Shown: positions 18,418-29,082, counted from the stretch's first letter. The stretch is 64,000 nt of DNA from a virus (IMGVR_UViG_3300012933_000199:2616-66615); one strand, 5' to 3'. Notes: generated by a model not told the origin, from the letters alone. Program-made: numbers and translations.

Positions 18418-18852
18418 ATGGCATTTACATTTAGAAATAGTACAAGGCTAGTTGATCAACGTAGCAAGATAGAAAACAGAAATGCTCCTCAAGAGCGTTC
18501 GGCTCCAGGTCCTCATCAAGGTGAGGGTGGGCAAAATGTATCTTTAGAACAAGCTGTGAAATCTTTTGATAAAAGAAATGGAACTAGTCCATTAAAAAGA
18601 GATGCTACTTTAGAGCATGCTGAATGGCATTTTTCTAAAAGAGAAGCCGGTACTCCTGCTAAAAAATGTTCGCCAATAACACAAAAGTCTTCTCCATTAA
18701 AAATGAACGAAGCATTAGTTGCCGGAGCTGGTGACGTAGCTCGTAAGTTTGTTGACGTTGGAGCTGAAGTAAAAAAAGTATTTGAGCCACAAAAACCAAA
18801 GCCTTTGGCTGCTGATCTAACTAAAACAAACGAAGAAACAAAACAAAATTAA
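18418..18852 (+). CDS. Basic late protein with SPLK/TPAK motifs
   Basis: ORF track; motifs TSPLKR and TPAKKCSPITQKSSPLKM. Confidence 0.75.
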   Translation: MAFTFRNSTRLVDQRSKIENRNAPQERSAPGPHQGEGGQNVSLEQAVKSFDKRNGTSPLKRDATLEHAEWHFSKREAGTPAKKCSPITQKSSPLKMNEALVAGAGDVARKFVDVGAEVKKVFEPQKPKPLAADLTKTNEETKQN

Positions 18853-18857
18853 TAGAT

Positions 18858-19916
18858 ATGTCTAAAAATCAACCAATAACTGCGAGAGTAAACAAAGGTT
18901 TATTCAACGGTAAAAACAAAGTTACAGAACCTTTATTAAGTGTTGGCCCTGCTGGTGTAAGCGGAAATAATCAAACAGTTAAAGATCCTTCTCCTGCTAA
19001 AAAAATGTCATCTCCTTTTAAGCAAATGGCAAATCCCGCTGCTGGCAAAGGTGATTCTAATGAAAGTAAAACTTACAGAGAAGGTGGAAAAGTAATTACC
19101 ATCAATCAATCAGCTGCTGCTGGAAAAGTAATTAAAGGTAAAGAAACTATTGTACCAGGTGAAAAATATGTACCAAATGAAAATGCTTGGTGGAAAAGTT
19201 TAACACCTCAGCAACAAGCTGCACATAACAAAAAAACAAAAGCAGCAATTGCTAAAGATCCTAAATATCAAAGTAAAGTTGTAAAAGAACCAGATACAGT
19301 AGTACCTGGAACTGCTCAAACTGTTACATCAGAAGCGGATCTTTACACAAAAGATAAAGGTGATGCTCAAACTGCTTTAGATAGAAGAGGTAACATTAGA
19401 AACATTAAAAACCTTACTGGCCAAGAAAAACGTAACGACATGCGTACACTCAGAGGTGGTGGATTTAAAGATGAAAATGGCACCGTTATTGAAAGAGGCA
19501 CTGAAGCATTTAAAAACAAAAAGGCTGAGATCAAGCAAAACAAAAGAAATACCAGAGCTGAATTTATAAAATCAGAGATTGAAAATAGTAAAAATCAAAG
19601 CGCTGGTAATATTAAAGCTAGTTTATCTGGTGGTTATTCAAGCAAAGATGTTCTTAGTAAAGAAAGAAAAGTTACTAAAGGAGATCAAACTATTGAGTCT
19701 CAAATTAGTGATGCTAAAGATAAAGCCGCTGCTGATGCTTTAAAATCTAAAAATACAATTAGCGACGCAGGTACTGCTGCTACTAAATTTCCTAAACCGG
19801 AGGTTAATGCTGATCCAACAGATGTTCCTGCAATTGATAAACCAGAAAGTGTTGCTAAAAAAATGACAGCTTTCTTTATTAAGAAGTCTCCTCTAAAAAT
19901 GAAATACTTTAAATAA
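18858..19916 (+). CDS. Lys/Ala-rich low-complexity late protein (internal or core protein candidate)
   Basis: ORF track; SPAKK, SPFKQ and SPLKM motifs. Confidence 0.75.
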   Translation: MSKNQPITARVNKGLFNGKNKVTEPLLSVGPAGVSGNNQTVKDPSPAKKMSSPFKQMANPAAGKGDSNESKTYREGGKVITINQSAAAGKVIKGKETIVPGEKYVPNENAWWKSLTPQQQAAHNKKTKAAIAKDPKYQSKVVKEPDTVVPGTAQTVTSEADLYTKDKGDAQTALDRRGNIRNIKNLTGQEKRNDMRTLRGGGFKDENGTVIERGTEAFKNKKAEIKQNKRNTRAEFIKSEIENSKNQSAGNIKASLSGGYSSKDVLSKERKVTKGDQTIESQISDAKDKAAADALKSKNTISDAGTAATKFPKPEVNADPTDVPAIDKPESVAKKMTAFFIKKSPLKMKYFK

Positions 19917-20203
19917 TGGCATACGTACAACCAGAATCTCCGTTTAAAAAATTAAAGCATACCACTAAAGGTGAGGGCAGACATTTCTTAACTGCTAAGG
20001 AAGGTGCTGGTATGACGCAGGCTGGTAGAAACGCTTATAATAAAGAAACTGGCAGTAATTTAAAAGCACCTCAACCTCAAGGCGGATCAAGAAGAGATTC
20101 TTATTGCGCTAGATCAAAAGGTCAACAAGAGATGCATAATATAGATTGTTCTAAAACACCAGATAAAAGAATTTGCGCAGCAAGACGCAGATGGAAATGT
20201 TAA
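19916..20203 (+). CDS. DUF6321-like basic protein
   Basis: AGMTQAGRNAYNKETGSNLKAP...RRDSYCARS...RRWKC pattern. Confidence 0.65.
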   Translation: MAYVQPESPFKKLKHTTKGEGRHFLTAKEGAGMTQAGRNAYNKETGSNLKAPQPQGGSRRDSYCARSKGQQEMHNIDCSKTPDKRICAARRRWKC

Positions 20204-20207
20204 TATT

Positions 20208-20369
20208 ATGGAATCAAAAGGATTAGGCGACACAGTAGAAAAAATAGCAAAAGCAACAGGACTTGCCGGGGTAGCTAAGGTATTAACCGAAGTTACTGGT
20301 AAAGATTGCGGTTGTGATAAAAGAAAAGAAATGTTAAATAAGGCATTTCCGTATAAAAATAGTAAATAA
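20208..20369 (+). CDS. Conserved small phage protein, 53 aa
   Basis: Manual translation MESKGLGDTVEKIAKATG...DCGCDKRKEMLNKAFPY. Confidence 0.75.
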   Translation: MESKGLGDTVEKIAKATGLAGVAKVLTEVTGKDCGCDKRKEMLNKAFPYKNSK

Positions 20370-20386
20370 TAATTAAATTAAATTAA

Positions 20387-20846
20387 ATGAAAAAAGTAGA
20401 AGTTACAGAAGTCGAAAAAATTACAGGCGAAGAATTAACAAAGCTAACTGAAAAAGTTACAGCTATTAATAAACTTCAAATGCAATTAGGTGGTATTGAA
20501 GCACACAAACATGAATTATTGCATGTTATTTCTGGAGTGAATCAAGAGTTACAAGGAATCCAAAAAGAATTAGAAGAGAAGTACGGCAATGTGAGTATTG
20601 ATCTAGCAACAGGAGAAATGACTCATGTCTCAGATAATCAGGAAAATTAGTATAGGCAAAGACTATAAAAATGACGCCATGCACTACTCTATTAATCAAG
20701 AGGTGTATGGCGGTCATACTATAGTTAATATTATAGAAGAGGAAGAAAAGTACTCTATCTATATTGCAAAGGGTGATCTTATAATGCCATGGAAGGATTT
20801 TAATAAGAACATGTCAATATCTGTAGAATACGATATATCATATTAA
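20387..20846 (+). other. Two conserved hypothetical ORFs
   Basis: 20387-20650 (coiled coil) and 20625-20846 (IIRKISIGKDYKNDAMHYS). Confidence 0.75.
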
Positions 20847-20848
20847 AC

Positions 20849-21430
20849 ATGAAAAGTGTTTTTAACTACTTAGTCTCTCCTAAAGGTAAAAGAACCACTG
20901 GAGAAATAGAGATTGATGGTAAAGAACTTCTTTTAAATACAGAATTACAAAACCACGAATATACAAATAGAATTGGTATTGTTTCAGGTGTACCTTTAAT
21001 AGGTAACAGTGTAATACAAAATGGAGACGAAGTTATTGTACACCACAACGTGTTTAGAAGATTTCGCGACATAAAAGGCAAGGAAAAAAATAGTAAGAAC
21101 TTTATCGAGGAAGATTTGTACATTGTACAACCCGATCAAGTCTATGCCTACAAAAGAGATGGTAAATGGAAATCGTTAGATGGTTTCTGTTTTGTAAAGC
21201 CATTAAAATCAAAAGATATGTTCTCGTTAGATAAAGAAAGACCATTAATCGGTATTGTAAAATACGATAATGATTTTATTGAAAACGGAGCTTTAGTTGG
21301 ATTCAGACCAGGAATGGAATATGAATTCATGATTGAAGGGCAGAGGTTATACCGAGTACCCACGAATTTAATTACAATTAAATATGAATATCAAGGAGAC
21401 GAAGAGGAGTATAATCCTGGCTGGACATAA
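20849..21430 (+). CDS. GroES-like fold protein (second co-chaperonin-like gene)
   Basis: GIVSGVP...IQNGDEVIVHHN segment and a second GIVKY...GALVGF half resemble tandem GroES-like beta barrels. Confidence 0.45.
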   Translation: MKSVFNYLVSPKGKRTTGEIEIDGKELLLNTELQNHEYTNRIGIVSGVPLIGNSVIQNGDEVIVHHNVFRRFRDIKGKEKNSKNFIEEDLYIVQPDQVYAYKRDGKWKSLDGFCFVKPLKSKDMFSLDKERPLIGIVKYDNDFIENGALVGFRPGMEYEFMIEGQRLYRVPTNLITIKYEYQGDEEEYNPGWT

Positions 21431-21659
21431 AGCAGTTGAGGAGTTAATAAAGGTAGCACAAGAAAAGATTGTAGACTCAGGCGATGATATAAGCGCTGAC
21501 AGACTTAAGAATGCTGCCGCAACAAAAAAGTTAGCGATATTTGACGCGTTTGAAATATTAACAAGAATTGAAGAAGAAGAGCGTATTTTAGAAGATAGAC
21601 CTAAGGAAGACAAAGAAGAAAAGAAATTTACAGGCTTTGCTGAAAAAAGATCTAAGTAA
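21384..21659 (+). CDS. Putative terminase small subunit
   Basis: Short helical protein immediately upstream of, and coupled to, the terminase large subunit. Confidence 0.5.
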   Translation: MNIKETKRSIILAGHKAVEELIKVAQEKIVDSGDDISADRLKNAAATKKLAIFDAFEILTRIEEEERILEDRPKEDKEEKKFTGFAEKRSK

Positions 21660-23872
21660 TGTACGAGCAATCATTATATAGCGTAATAACGCCAATAAGA
21701 GAAAATACCATATCAAGACTTAATAAGTCAAGGAAATGGGAATACGGTTATAACAAAGAATACGATATTGTTGTTATAAGCAAGACTGGTCAGATCGGAG
21801 AAATCTATCAAATACAGAATTTAAAGATAGCTTTACCAAAGGCACCGTCAGATATAAATACAGAACACGACAAATGGACTGTAGAGGAGTATCCTAAGGA
21901 GTTAAAATCAATAGATAGTATATTTGATTGGAGAGATTATCCGGACTCGTTTAAAGACAAATGGGGACTTTATATAGACGAACAGTTTAACAGAAGAGAA
22001 AATGGGCATTGGTTTAATAATAATGGAAAACCTACGTATATTACAGGTTCTCATTATATGTACTTACAATGGTCTAAGATTGATGTTGGTCAGCCAGAAT
22101 TCAGAGAGTCTAATAGATTGTTCTTTATATTTTGGGAAGCGTGTAAAGCGGATTCAAGATGTTACGGGATGTGTTATCTTAAGAATAGACGTTCTGGGTT
22201 TTCATTTATGGCCTCAGGTGAGATTGTAAATCTTGCGACAATATCAAGTGACTCTAGATACGGTATATTATCAAAGTCCGGAGCGGATGCTAAAAAGATG
22301 TTTACAGATAAGGTAGTTCCAATTTCGGTTAACTATCCATTTTTCTTTAAACCAATTCAAGACGGTATGGACCGTCCGAAAACAGAATTAGCATATCGTG
22401 TACCTGCTTCTAAATTAACAAGAAGAAAGTTAAGCGATCAAAACAAAGTAGAAATACTTACTGGATTAGATACAACAATTGACTGGAAGAATACGGGAGA
22501 CAATAGTTATGATGGTGAAAAGTTAAAACTATTGGTTCATGATGAAAGTGGTAAATGGGAAAGACCAAATAATATTTTAAATAACTGGCGTGTAACAAAA
22601 ACGTGTGTCAGATTAGGTAGTAGAATTATTGGTAAATGTATGATGGGTTCTACATCAAACTCATTAGATAAAGGAGGAGACAACTTTAAAACATTATATA
22701 ACGACTCTGATGTAACAAAAAGAAACGCTAATGGACAAACAAGATCGGGTTTATATTCTTTGTTTATCCCGATGGAATGGAATTACGAAGGTTTCATTGA
22801 CGCATACGGAGTTCCTGTTTTTAATACACCGAAAGAACCAACGTTTGGGCCTCACGGTGATCCGATTGAAATAGGTGTAATTGAACACTGGAATAATGAA
22901 GCTGACGGTTTAAAAGGAGATCAAGACGCTTTAAATGAATACTACAGACAGTTTCCTAGAACAGAAGAACACGCTTTTAGGGATGAGACACAAAATAGTA
23001 TATTTAACTTAGCTAAGATCTACGAGCAAATAGATTATAACGACGATTTAAGAAATAGTGCAGTTATAACAAGAGGTAGTTTTCAATGGCAAAATGGTGT
23101 TAAAGATTCAAAAGTAATCTTTTCTCCAAATCCGCAAGGTAGATTTTTAATTACCTGGACACCGCCTACTCACATGCAAAACAAGCAGATAATAAAGAAT
23201 GGATTGAAATACCCTGGTAATGAGCACATTGGAGCATTTGGATGCGACAGTTATGATATTTCAGGGACAACAGATAATAGAGGATCTAAAGGAGCATTAC
23301 ACGGATTGACAAAATTTAGTATGGAAGATGCGCCACCAAGCACATTCTTTTTAGAATATGTGTCTAGACCTCCAACAGCAGAGATATTTTTTGAGGATGT
23401 ATTAATGGCTTGCGTATTCTACGGCATGCCTATATTAGCAGAGAATAACAAACCAAGACTTTTATATTATTTTAAAAGAAGAGGATATAGAGGTTACTCA
23501 ATGAATAGACCTGACAAAGTATGGAATAAGCTTTCAATAACTGAGAAAGAAATTGGAGGAGTGCCAAACTCGAGTGAGGATATGAAACAAGCACACGCTG
23601 CGGCTATTGAAATGTATATAGATAAGCACGTTGGTTTGAAAGAGGATGGTGATTACGGAACAATGTATTTCACAGATACCCTAAATGATTGGGCAAAGTT
23701 TGATATAAACAATAGAACAAAATATGATGCTGCCATTAGTTCAGGCTTAGCTATTATGGCGTGTAACAAAGATTTATATAGACCAAACGCTCCAACACAG
23801 AAAGCATCGATAAATTTAACTATCGCAAGATATTCGCAGAGCGGAACAACATCAGAAATAATAAAAACATAA
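21659..23872 (+). CDS. terL: Terminase large subunit
   Basis: Walker A-like LKNRRSGFS, Walker B LVHDESGK, nuclease motifs FGCDSYD and YDAAISSGLA. Confidence 0.93.
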   Translation: MYEQSLYSVITPIRENTISRLNKSRKWEYGYNKEYDIVVISKTGQIGEIYQIQNLKIALPKAPSDINTEHDKWTVEEYPKELKSIDSIFDWRDYPDSFKDKWGLYIDEQFNRRENGHWFNNNGKPTYITGSHYMYLQWSKIDVGQPEFRESNRLFFIFWEACKADSRCYGMCYLKNRRSGFSFMASGEIVNLATISSDSRYGILSKSGADAKKMFTDKVVPISVNYPFFFKPIQDGMDRPKTELAYRVPASKLTRRKLSDQNKVEILTGLDTTIDWKNTGDNSYDGEKLKLLVHDESGKWERPNNILNNWRVTKTCVRLGSRIIGKCMMGSTSNSLDKGGDNFKTLYNDSDVTKRNANGQTRSGLYSLFIPMEWNYEGFIDAYGVPVFNTPKEPTFGPHGDPIEIGVIEHWNNEADGLKGDQDALNEYYRQFPRTEEHAFRDETQNSIFNLAKIYEQIDYNDDLRNSAVITRGSFQWQNGVKDSKVIFSPNPQGRFLITWTPPTHMQNKQIIKNGLKYPGNEHIGAFGCDSYDISGTTDNRGSKGALHGLTKFSMEDAPPSTFFLEYVSRPPTAEIFFEDVLMACVFYGMPILAENNKPRLLYYFKRRGYRGYSMNRPDKVWNKLSITEKEIGGVPNSSEDMKQAHAAAIEMYIDKHVGLKEDGDYGTMYFTDTLNDWAKFDINNRTKYDAAISSGLAIMACNKDLYRPNAPTQKASINLTIARYSQSGTTSEIIKT

Positions 23873-23873
23873 T

Positions 23874-26303
23874 ATGGCTAAAGGAGTAGTAAATAGTTTT
23901 TTCCCAAGTCAAGTAGTTAGTGATCAAGAAAAAATGTCACTAGACTATGGACTTCAAGTTGGTAGAGCAATCACAAACGAGTGGTTTTCTAACAACTCAG
24001 GAACAACTAGGTATAGAAGTAACCAAAACACATTTCACGCTTTAAGGCTATATGCTAGAGGCGAGCAGCCGATACAAAAATATAAAGACGAGTTGTCAAT
24101 AAACGGCGACTTGTCTTATTTGAATCTTGATTGGAAACCGGTGCCTATATTATCTAAGTTTGTAGATATTGTAGTTAATGGTATTGCAGATAGAGCATTT
24201 GATTTAAAAGCATATTCACAAGACCCTTACGGTGTAAGCAAAAGAACAAAATATTTAGAGTCTATAATTAGAGACTTACAGACAGCTGAGTTAAATCAGT
24301 TTGCTCAAGAAAATTTTGGTATTAACTTATTTGAAAACCCGCCAGAAAAACTACCAGATTCTCAAGAGGAGTTAGACTTGCATATGCAGCTTAGCTACAA
24401 GCAAGGAATTGAGATCGCTGAAGAAATTGCCATTAATACTATCTTAGACGGTAATAGATATGATCTTACCAAGAGAAGAATGTATTATGACTTAGTTACT
24501 CTTGGTATTGGAGCTGTTAAAAACAGTTTTACAGAATCAGAAGGTGTTAAGGTAGAATATGTTGATCCTGCTTATATGGTTTATTCTTACACAGAAGACC
24601 CGTATTTTCAAGATATATATTATGTAGGAGAAGTTAGATTTGTTCCTTTAAACGAGCTTAAAAAGCAATTCCCAGATCTAGATCAAAACACAATGGAGAA
24701 GATCCAACAACAAGGATCACAAAACTATGGTGTATGGGATAATAATGTAAGTAACTATAATAACAATAGAGACTCGAATGTAGTGCAAGTATTGTACTTT
24801 AATTTTAGAACTTACATGAATGAAGTTTATAAAGTTAAAGAAACTGCTACTGGAGCATCTAAGATAATTTTAAGAGACGATCAATTTGATCCACCTATTG
24901 AAGAATACGAGGCTCAGTTTGGTAAAATGTCAAGATCAATTGAAGTTCTTTATGAAGGAGTTTTAATTTTAGGTACTGATATATTATTAAAGTGGGAATT
25001 AGCTAAAAATATGATGCGCCCTAAAAGCGATGAGACTAAAGTTAAAATGAACTATAGTATCACTGCTCCTAGAATGTATCAAGGTAGAATTGATTCTCTT
25101 GTGGCTAAGTGTACAGGTTTTGCTGATATGGTTCAGCTTACTCACTTAAAAATGCAACAAGTATTACAAAGAATGATTCCTGACGGAGTTTATTTGGACG
25201 CTGACGGTATTAACGAAGTTGATTTGGGTAATGGTACAAACTATAATCCACAAGAAGCTTTAAACATGTTCTTCCAAACTGGGTCTATTATTGGTAGATC
25301 ATTTACACAAGATGGAGACATGAACCCTGGTAAGGTGCCTATTCAAGAAGTGCCAACAGGAAACGGAGGAGCTAAATTACAAACATTAATTACGACTTAT
25401 AACTATTATCTACAAATGATAAGAGATGTTACGGGTCTTAATGAAGCAAGAGATGGTAGTATGCCAGATTCTAGAGCTTTAGTTGGTGTTCAAAAATTAG
25501 CTGCTGCAAATTCAAATACGGCAACAAGACATATATTAGATGCAGGTTTATTCTTAACACAAGAAACTGCTGAGTGTTTATCTCTTAGAATATCTGATAT
25601 ATTAGAATATCATCCAGCTAAAGAAGCATTCATACAAAAGATTGGCGGATTTAACGTAGCTACACTAGAAGAGCTTAACGATTTATACATTCATGACTTT
25701 GCTATTAATTTAGAATTAACACCAGACGATGAAGAAAAAGCAATGCTTGAAAACAATATTCAGGTTGCGTTGTCAGGAGGATTAATTGATTTGTCCGATG
25801 CTATCGATATTAGAGAAGTTAGAAATATAAAACTAGCTAATCAATTATTAAAAATTAGACAGAAGAAAAGAAGAGAGACTATTCAAGCAGAACAACAAGC
25901 TAACATTCAAGCTCAGTCTCAATCTAATATTCAAATGCAACAAGCAGCTGCTCAAGCTGAGGTTCAAAAAGATCAAGCTTTATATCAAACAAAAGCTCAA
26001 TTAGAGCAATTAAAAGGAAGTATAGAGCAACAAAGAATACAAGTTGAAGTTGACGCTAAGAAGCAATTAATGGAATTAGAATTCCAATATAACATGAAGC
26101 TTAAGGGTATGGAAGTTGAATCTATGCAACAGAAAATGGAGCTAGACCAAAACAGAAAAGATCAAAGAGCTAAAATGCAAGCTACTCAACAAAGTGAGTT
26201 AATAGATCAGAAACAATCAGGATCTGGACCAAAAGATTTTGAATCATCTGGTAACGACGTAATGGGTAGCGGATTTGACTTAGGTTCTTTCGAGCCTAGG
26301 TAA
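23874..26303 (+). CDS. Portal protein
   Basis: 809 aa, follows TerL, helical, with a Gln-rich coiled-coil C-terminal barrel as in P22-type portals. Confidence 0.88.
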   Translation: MAKGVVNSFFPSQVVSDQEKMSLDYGLQVGRAITNEWFSNNSGTTRYRSNQNTFHALRLYARGEQPIQKYKDELSINGDLSYLNLDWKPVPILSKFVDIVVNGIADRAFDLKAYSQDPYGVSKRTKYLESIIRDLQTAELNQFAQENFGINLFENPPEKLPDSQEELDLHMQLSYKQGIEIAEEIAINTILDGNRYDLTKRRMYYDLVTLGIGAVKNSFTESEGVKVEYVDPAYMVYSYTEDPYFQDIYYVGEVRFVPLNELKKQFPDLDQNTMEKIQQQGSQNYGVWDNNVSNYNNNRDSNVVQVLYFNFRTYMNEVYKVKETATGASKIILRDDQFDPPIEEYEAQFGKMSRSIEVLYEGVLILGTDILLKWELAKNMMRPKSDETKVKMNYSITAPRMYQGRIDSLVAKCTGFADMVQLTHLKMQQVLQRMIPDGVYLDADGINEVDLGNGTNYNPQEALNMFFQTGSIIGRSFTQDGDMNPGKVPIQEVPTGNGGAKLQTLITTYNYYLQMIRDVTGLNEARDGSMPDSRALVGVQKLAAANSNTATRHILDAGLFLTQETAECLSLRISDILEYHPAKEAFIQKIGGFNVATLEELNDLYIHDFAINLELTPDDEEKAMLENNIQVALSGGLIDLSDAIDIREVRNIKLANQLLKIRQKKRRETIQAEQQANIQAQSQSNIQMQQAAAQAEVQKDQALYQTKAQLEQLKGSIEQQRIQVEVDAKKQLMELEFQYNMKLKGMEVESMQQKMELDQNRKDQRAKMQATQQSELIDQKQSGSGPKDFESSGNDVMGSGFDLGSFEPR

Positions 26304-26335
26304 TAATAATACTAACATTTATATAATATTTTATC

Positions 26336-27517
26336 ATGGAAGAAAACAACGAATTAGAACCGGCAGCGGAAGTTGTTATTGGTAATGGTGCCACAGTCGA
26401 TACAGACGGTACTATTAAATTAGATTTTGCACAAATAAATAAACAGCCAGAAGATGCCATTCAAGAGCGAGAAACAAATGAAGTGGATGTTCAAGAACGA
26501 ACCGGAGATAGCGAAGAAGTGGATGAAGAAGTACCACAACGACAAGAGTCCTTTCAAAATGAAGGGTCCGTTATTGAAGAAATAATTGACGAACAACTAT
26601 CGGAAGAAGCTACACAAGAAGCAGTAACATTACAAGAAGAAGTAAGAGAAGCTGTAGCAGAAAGCCGTGCACAAGGTATTGATTTACCAGAAAACATTCA
26701 GAAAGTCGTTGATTTTATGAATGAAACTGGTGGTTCATTAGAGGATTACGTAAAATTAAATACTGATTATAGTAAATTAGATAATTATAACTTACTAAAA
26801 GAGTATTACCAGAACACAAAGCCTCATTTAGATAACGAAGAAATTGACTTCTTAATGGAAGAAAATTTTGCGTTTGACGAAGATGTGGATGATGAGCGAG
26901 AAATTAGAAAAAAGAAAATTGCTCAAAAAGAAGAATTACAAAAAGCAAGGAAACATTTAGAAGGTTTAAAATCACAATATTATAGTGAAATTAAAGCTGG
27001 AACTAAATTGGCTCCGGAACAACAAAAAGCGATTGAATTTTTTAATCGTTATAATAAAGAGAATGAGGAAGCAATTCGCGTAGCGGAAGAGCAAACAAAA
27101 ACATTTTTACAGAAAACCGATCAAGTTTTCTCAGAAGATTTCAAAGGTTTTGATTTCAGTGTGGGAGATAAAAAGTATCGTTTTAATGTTAAGAATGCCT
27201 CTGATGTGAAAAACCAACAAAGCGACATTAACAATTTTATCAAGAAGTTCTTGAACGAAAAAAATGAGATGTCAGATGCTAAAGGTTATCACAAAGGTTT
27301 GTTTACTGCTATGAATGCAGATGCTGTAGCACAACACTTTTATGAGCAGGGTAAAGCCGACGCTATGAAAGACAGTACATCAAGAGCTAAAAACATTGAA
27401 ATGGGCGTTCGCGGCGTTCATCAAGATGTTAAACAAGTAAATGGTTGGCAAGTGCGTGCAGTTGAAACAGGAAGAGCTGATTCGAAATTAAAAATTAAAA
27501 CATTTAAACCAATCTAA
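26336..27517 (+). CDS. Capsid scaffolding protein
   Basis: Very acidic N-terminal half and coiled coil; lies between portal and capsid genes. Confidence 0.7.
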   Translation: MEENNELEPAAEVVIGNGATVDTDGTIKLDFAQINKQPEDAIQERETNEVDVQERTGDSEEVDEEVPQRQESFQNEGSVIEEIIDEQLSEEATQEAVTLQEEVREAVAESRAQGIDLPENIQKVVDFMNETGGSLEDYVKLNTDYSKLDNYNLLKEYYQNTKPHLDNEEIDFLMEENFAFDEDVDDEREIRKKKIAQKEELQKARKHLEGLKSQYYSEIKAGTKLAPEQQKAIEFFNRYNKENEEAIRVAEEQTKTFLQKTDQVFSEDFKGFDFSVGDKKYRFNVKNASDVKNQQSDINNFIKKFLNEKNEMSDAKGYHKGLFTAMNADAVAQHFYEQGKADAMKDSTSRAKNIEMGVRGVHQDVKQVNGWQVRAVETGRADSKLKIKTFKPI

Positions 27518-27528
27518 AATAAAAGATT

Positions 27529-28998
27529 ATGGCAGGATTTGCAACAGCGCCAGCTACATTGGCGAATTTATCACACTTAACTCCGCGTCCAGTTAAAGGA
27601 CTTTTCGGAGATAACTATTTGTCTTTAGACAACATGTCTTGGACACAACAATTTTTACCAGAAGTATACGAAAAAGAAATTGAGCGTTACGGTAACCGTA
27701 CAATCGCTGGATTCTTGCGTATGGTTGGAGCTGAAATGCCAATGGCATCAGACCAAGTAGTATGGTCAGAACAAGGAAGATTGCATATCGCTTATGATAC
27801 TGCTATTTCTAACTCACCTTCAACAGCTGGAACTCAAACTATCGGTTTGCCTTCTCCAGGAGCTGACGGAAAAGCACCATTATTGGGAGCTGGTATGACT
27901 CTTGTTATCGCTAAAGGTAACGTAACTAACAAAGCTTATGTTAAATCTGTTGGAGCTTTAGCTTCTGGTGTTCAGACTTATAACATTGCTGTTTACGATA
28001 ATTCTAACAGTAACTTGACTTCAGCTTTACAAGGAGCTACTAGCCAAGCACCTCTTAGCTTATTCGTTTTTGGTTCTGAGTATTTAAAAGGATCTGAAGC
28101 TGCTGGAAATTCAGTTGATGCTTCTTTCACTTCATACAGTAACCAACCAATTATCTTAAGAGATAAATATACTGTTAACGGTTCTGACGTTGCTCAAATC
28201 GGATGGGTAGAAGTTACTACTGAAATTGGAACTGGTGGATACTTATGGTATTTGAAATCAGAGCACGAAGCTCGTATTCGTTTCGAAGATTACTTAGAAA
28301 TGGCAATGGTTGAAGCTGAAAAAGCAGCTGGTACAATCGCAGCTAATACTACTCAAAACCCAGGTGGTGGAAATATCGAAGGAACTCAAGGTTTATTCGC
28401 TGCATTAGAAGAAAGAGGTCTTGTTTACAATGATCCTGATTTCGGTGCTGCTAATGGTGTTGGTATCCAAGAATTTGATACTATCCTTTCTGAGTTAGAC
28501 AAACAAGGTGCAATTGAAGAAAATATGTTGTTCTTAGATAGAGCTACTTCTCTTTCTATTGATAACATGCTTGCATTGCAAAACTCTTACGGAGCTGGTG
28601 GTACATCTTACGGTGTATTTGATAACTCTGAAGATATGGCATTAAACTTAGGATTCTCTGGATTCCGTCGTGGTGCTTACGATTTCTACAAAACTGACTG
28701 GAAATATTTGAATGATTCTACTACTCGTGGACTTATCAATGATATTAAAGGTGTGTTAGTTCCTGCTGGAACTTCTACAGTTTACGATCAACAATTGGGT
28801 CAAAACATCTCAAGACCATTCTTACACATCCGTTACCGTGCTTCTGAAGCTGATGACAGACGTTTGAAATCTTGGGTTACTGGTTCTGTTGGAGGAAACT
28901 ACACAAGTGATTCTGATAAAATGAATGTTCATTTCTTATCTGAAAGAACTATGTGTACTCAAGCTGCTAACAACTTCGTATTGTTCAAAGCTACTTAG
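27529..28998 (+). CDS. Major capsid protein
   Basis: 489 aa; strongly biased high-expression codons (GCT, ACT, CGT, TTC); position after the scaffold; followed by a strong hairpin. Confidence 0.88.
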   Translation: MAGFATAPATLANLSHLTPRPVKGLFGDNYLSLDNMSWTQQFLPEVYEKEIERYGNRTIAGFLRMVGAEMPMASDQVVWSEQGRLHIAYDTAISNSPSTAGTQTIGLPSPGADGKAPLLGAGMTLVIAKGNVTNKAYVKSVGALASGVQTYNIAVYDNSNSNLTSALQGATSQAPLSLFVFGSEYLKGSEAAGNSVDASFTSYSNQPIILRDKYTVNGSDVAQIGWVEVTTEIGTGGYLWYLKSEHEARIRFEDYLEMAMVEAEKAAGTIAANTTQNPGGGNIEGTQGLFAALEERGLVYNDPDFGAANGVGIQEFDTILSELDKQGAIEENMLFLDRATSLSIDNMLALQNSYGAGGTSYGVFDNSEDMALNLGFSGFRRGAYDFYKTDWKYLNDSTTRGLINDIKGVLVPAGTSTVYDQQLGQNISRPFLHIRYRASEADDRRLKSWVTGSVGGNYTSDSDKMNVHFLSERTMCTQAANNFVLFKAT

Positions 28999-29017
28999 TA
29001 TTAAGTATAGTGTAGTG

Positions 29018-29046
29018 ATTACCCTCGTTGAAACTACGGGGGTAAT
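29018..29046 (+). terminator. Stem-loop after the capsid gene (terminator or processing site)
   Basis: ATTACCCTCGT-TGAAACT-ACGGGGGTAAT, 11-bp stem, with a T-rich tail. Confidence 0.7.
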
Positions 29047-29082
29047 TATTACCTTTTTAAATTTATTAAATTATATTATATC

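Noticed and set aside
21659-23872. Intein or intron in TerL (also considered for NrdA and the helicase)
   Set aside because: The ORFs are continuous, with no C/S...HN splice junctions or LAGLIDADG blocks, and their lengths are plausible without insertions.
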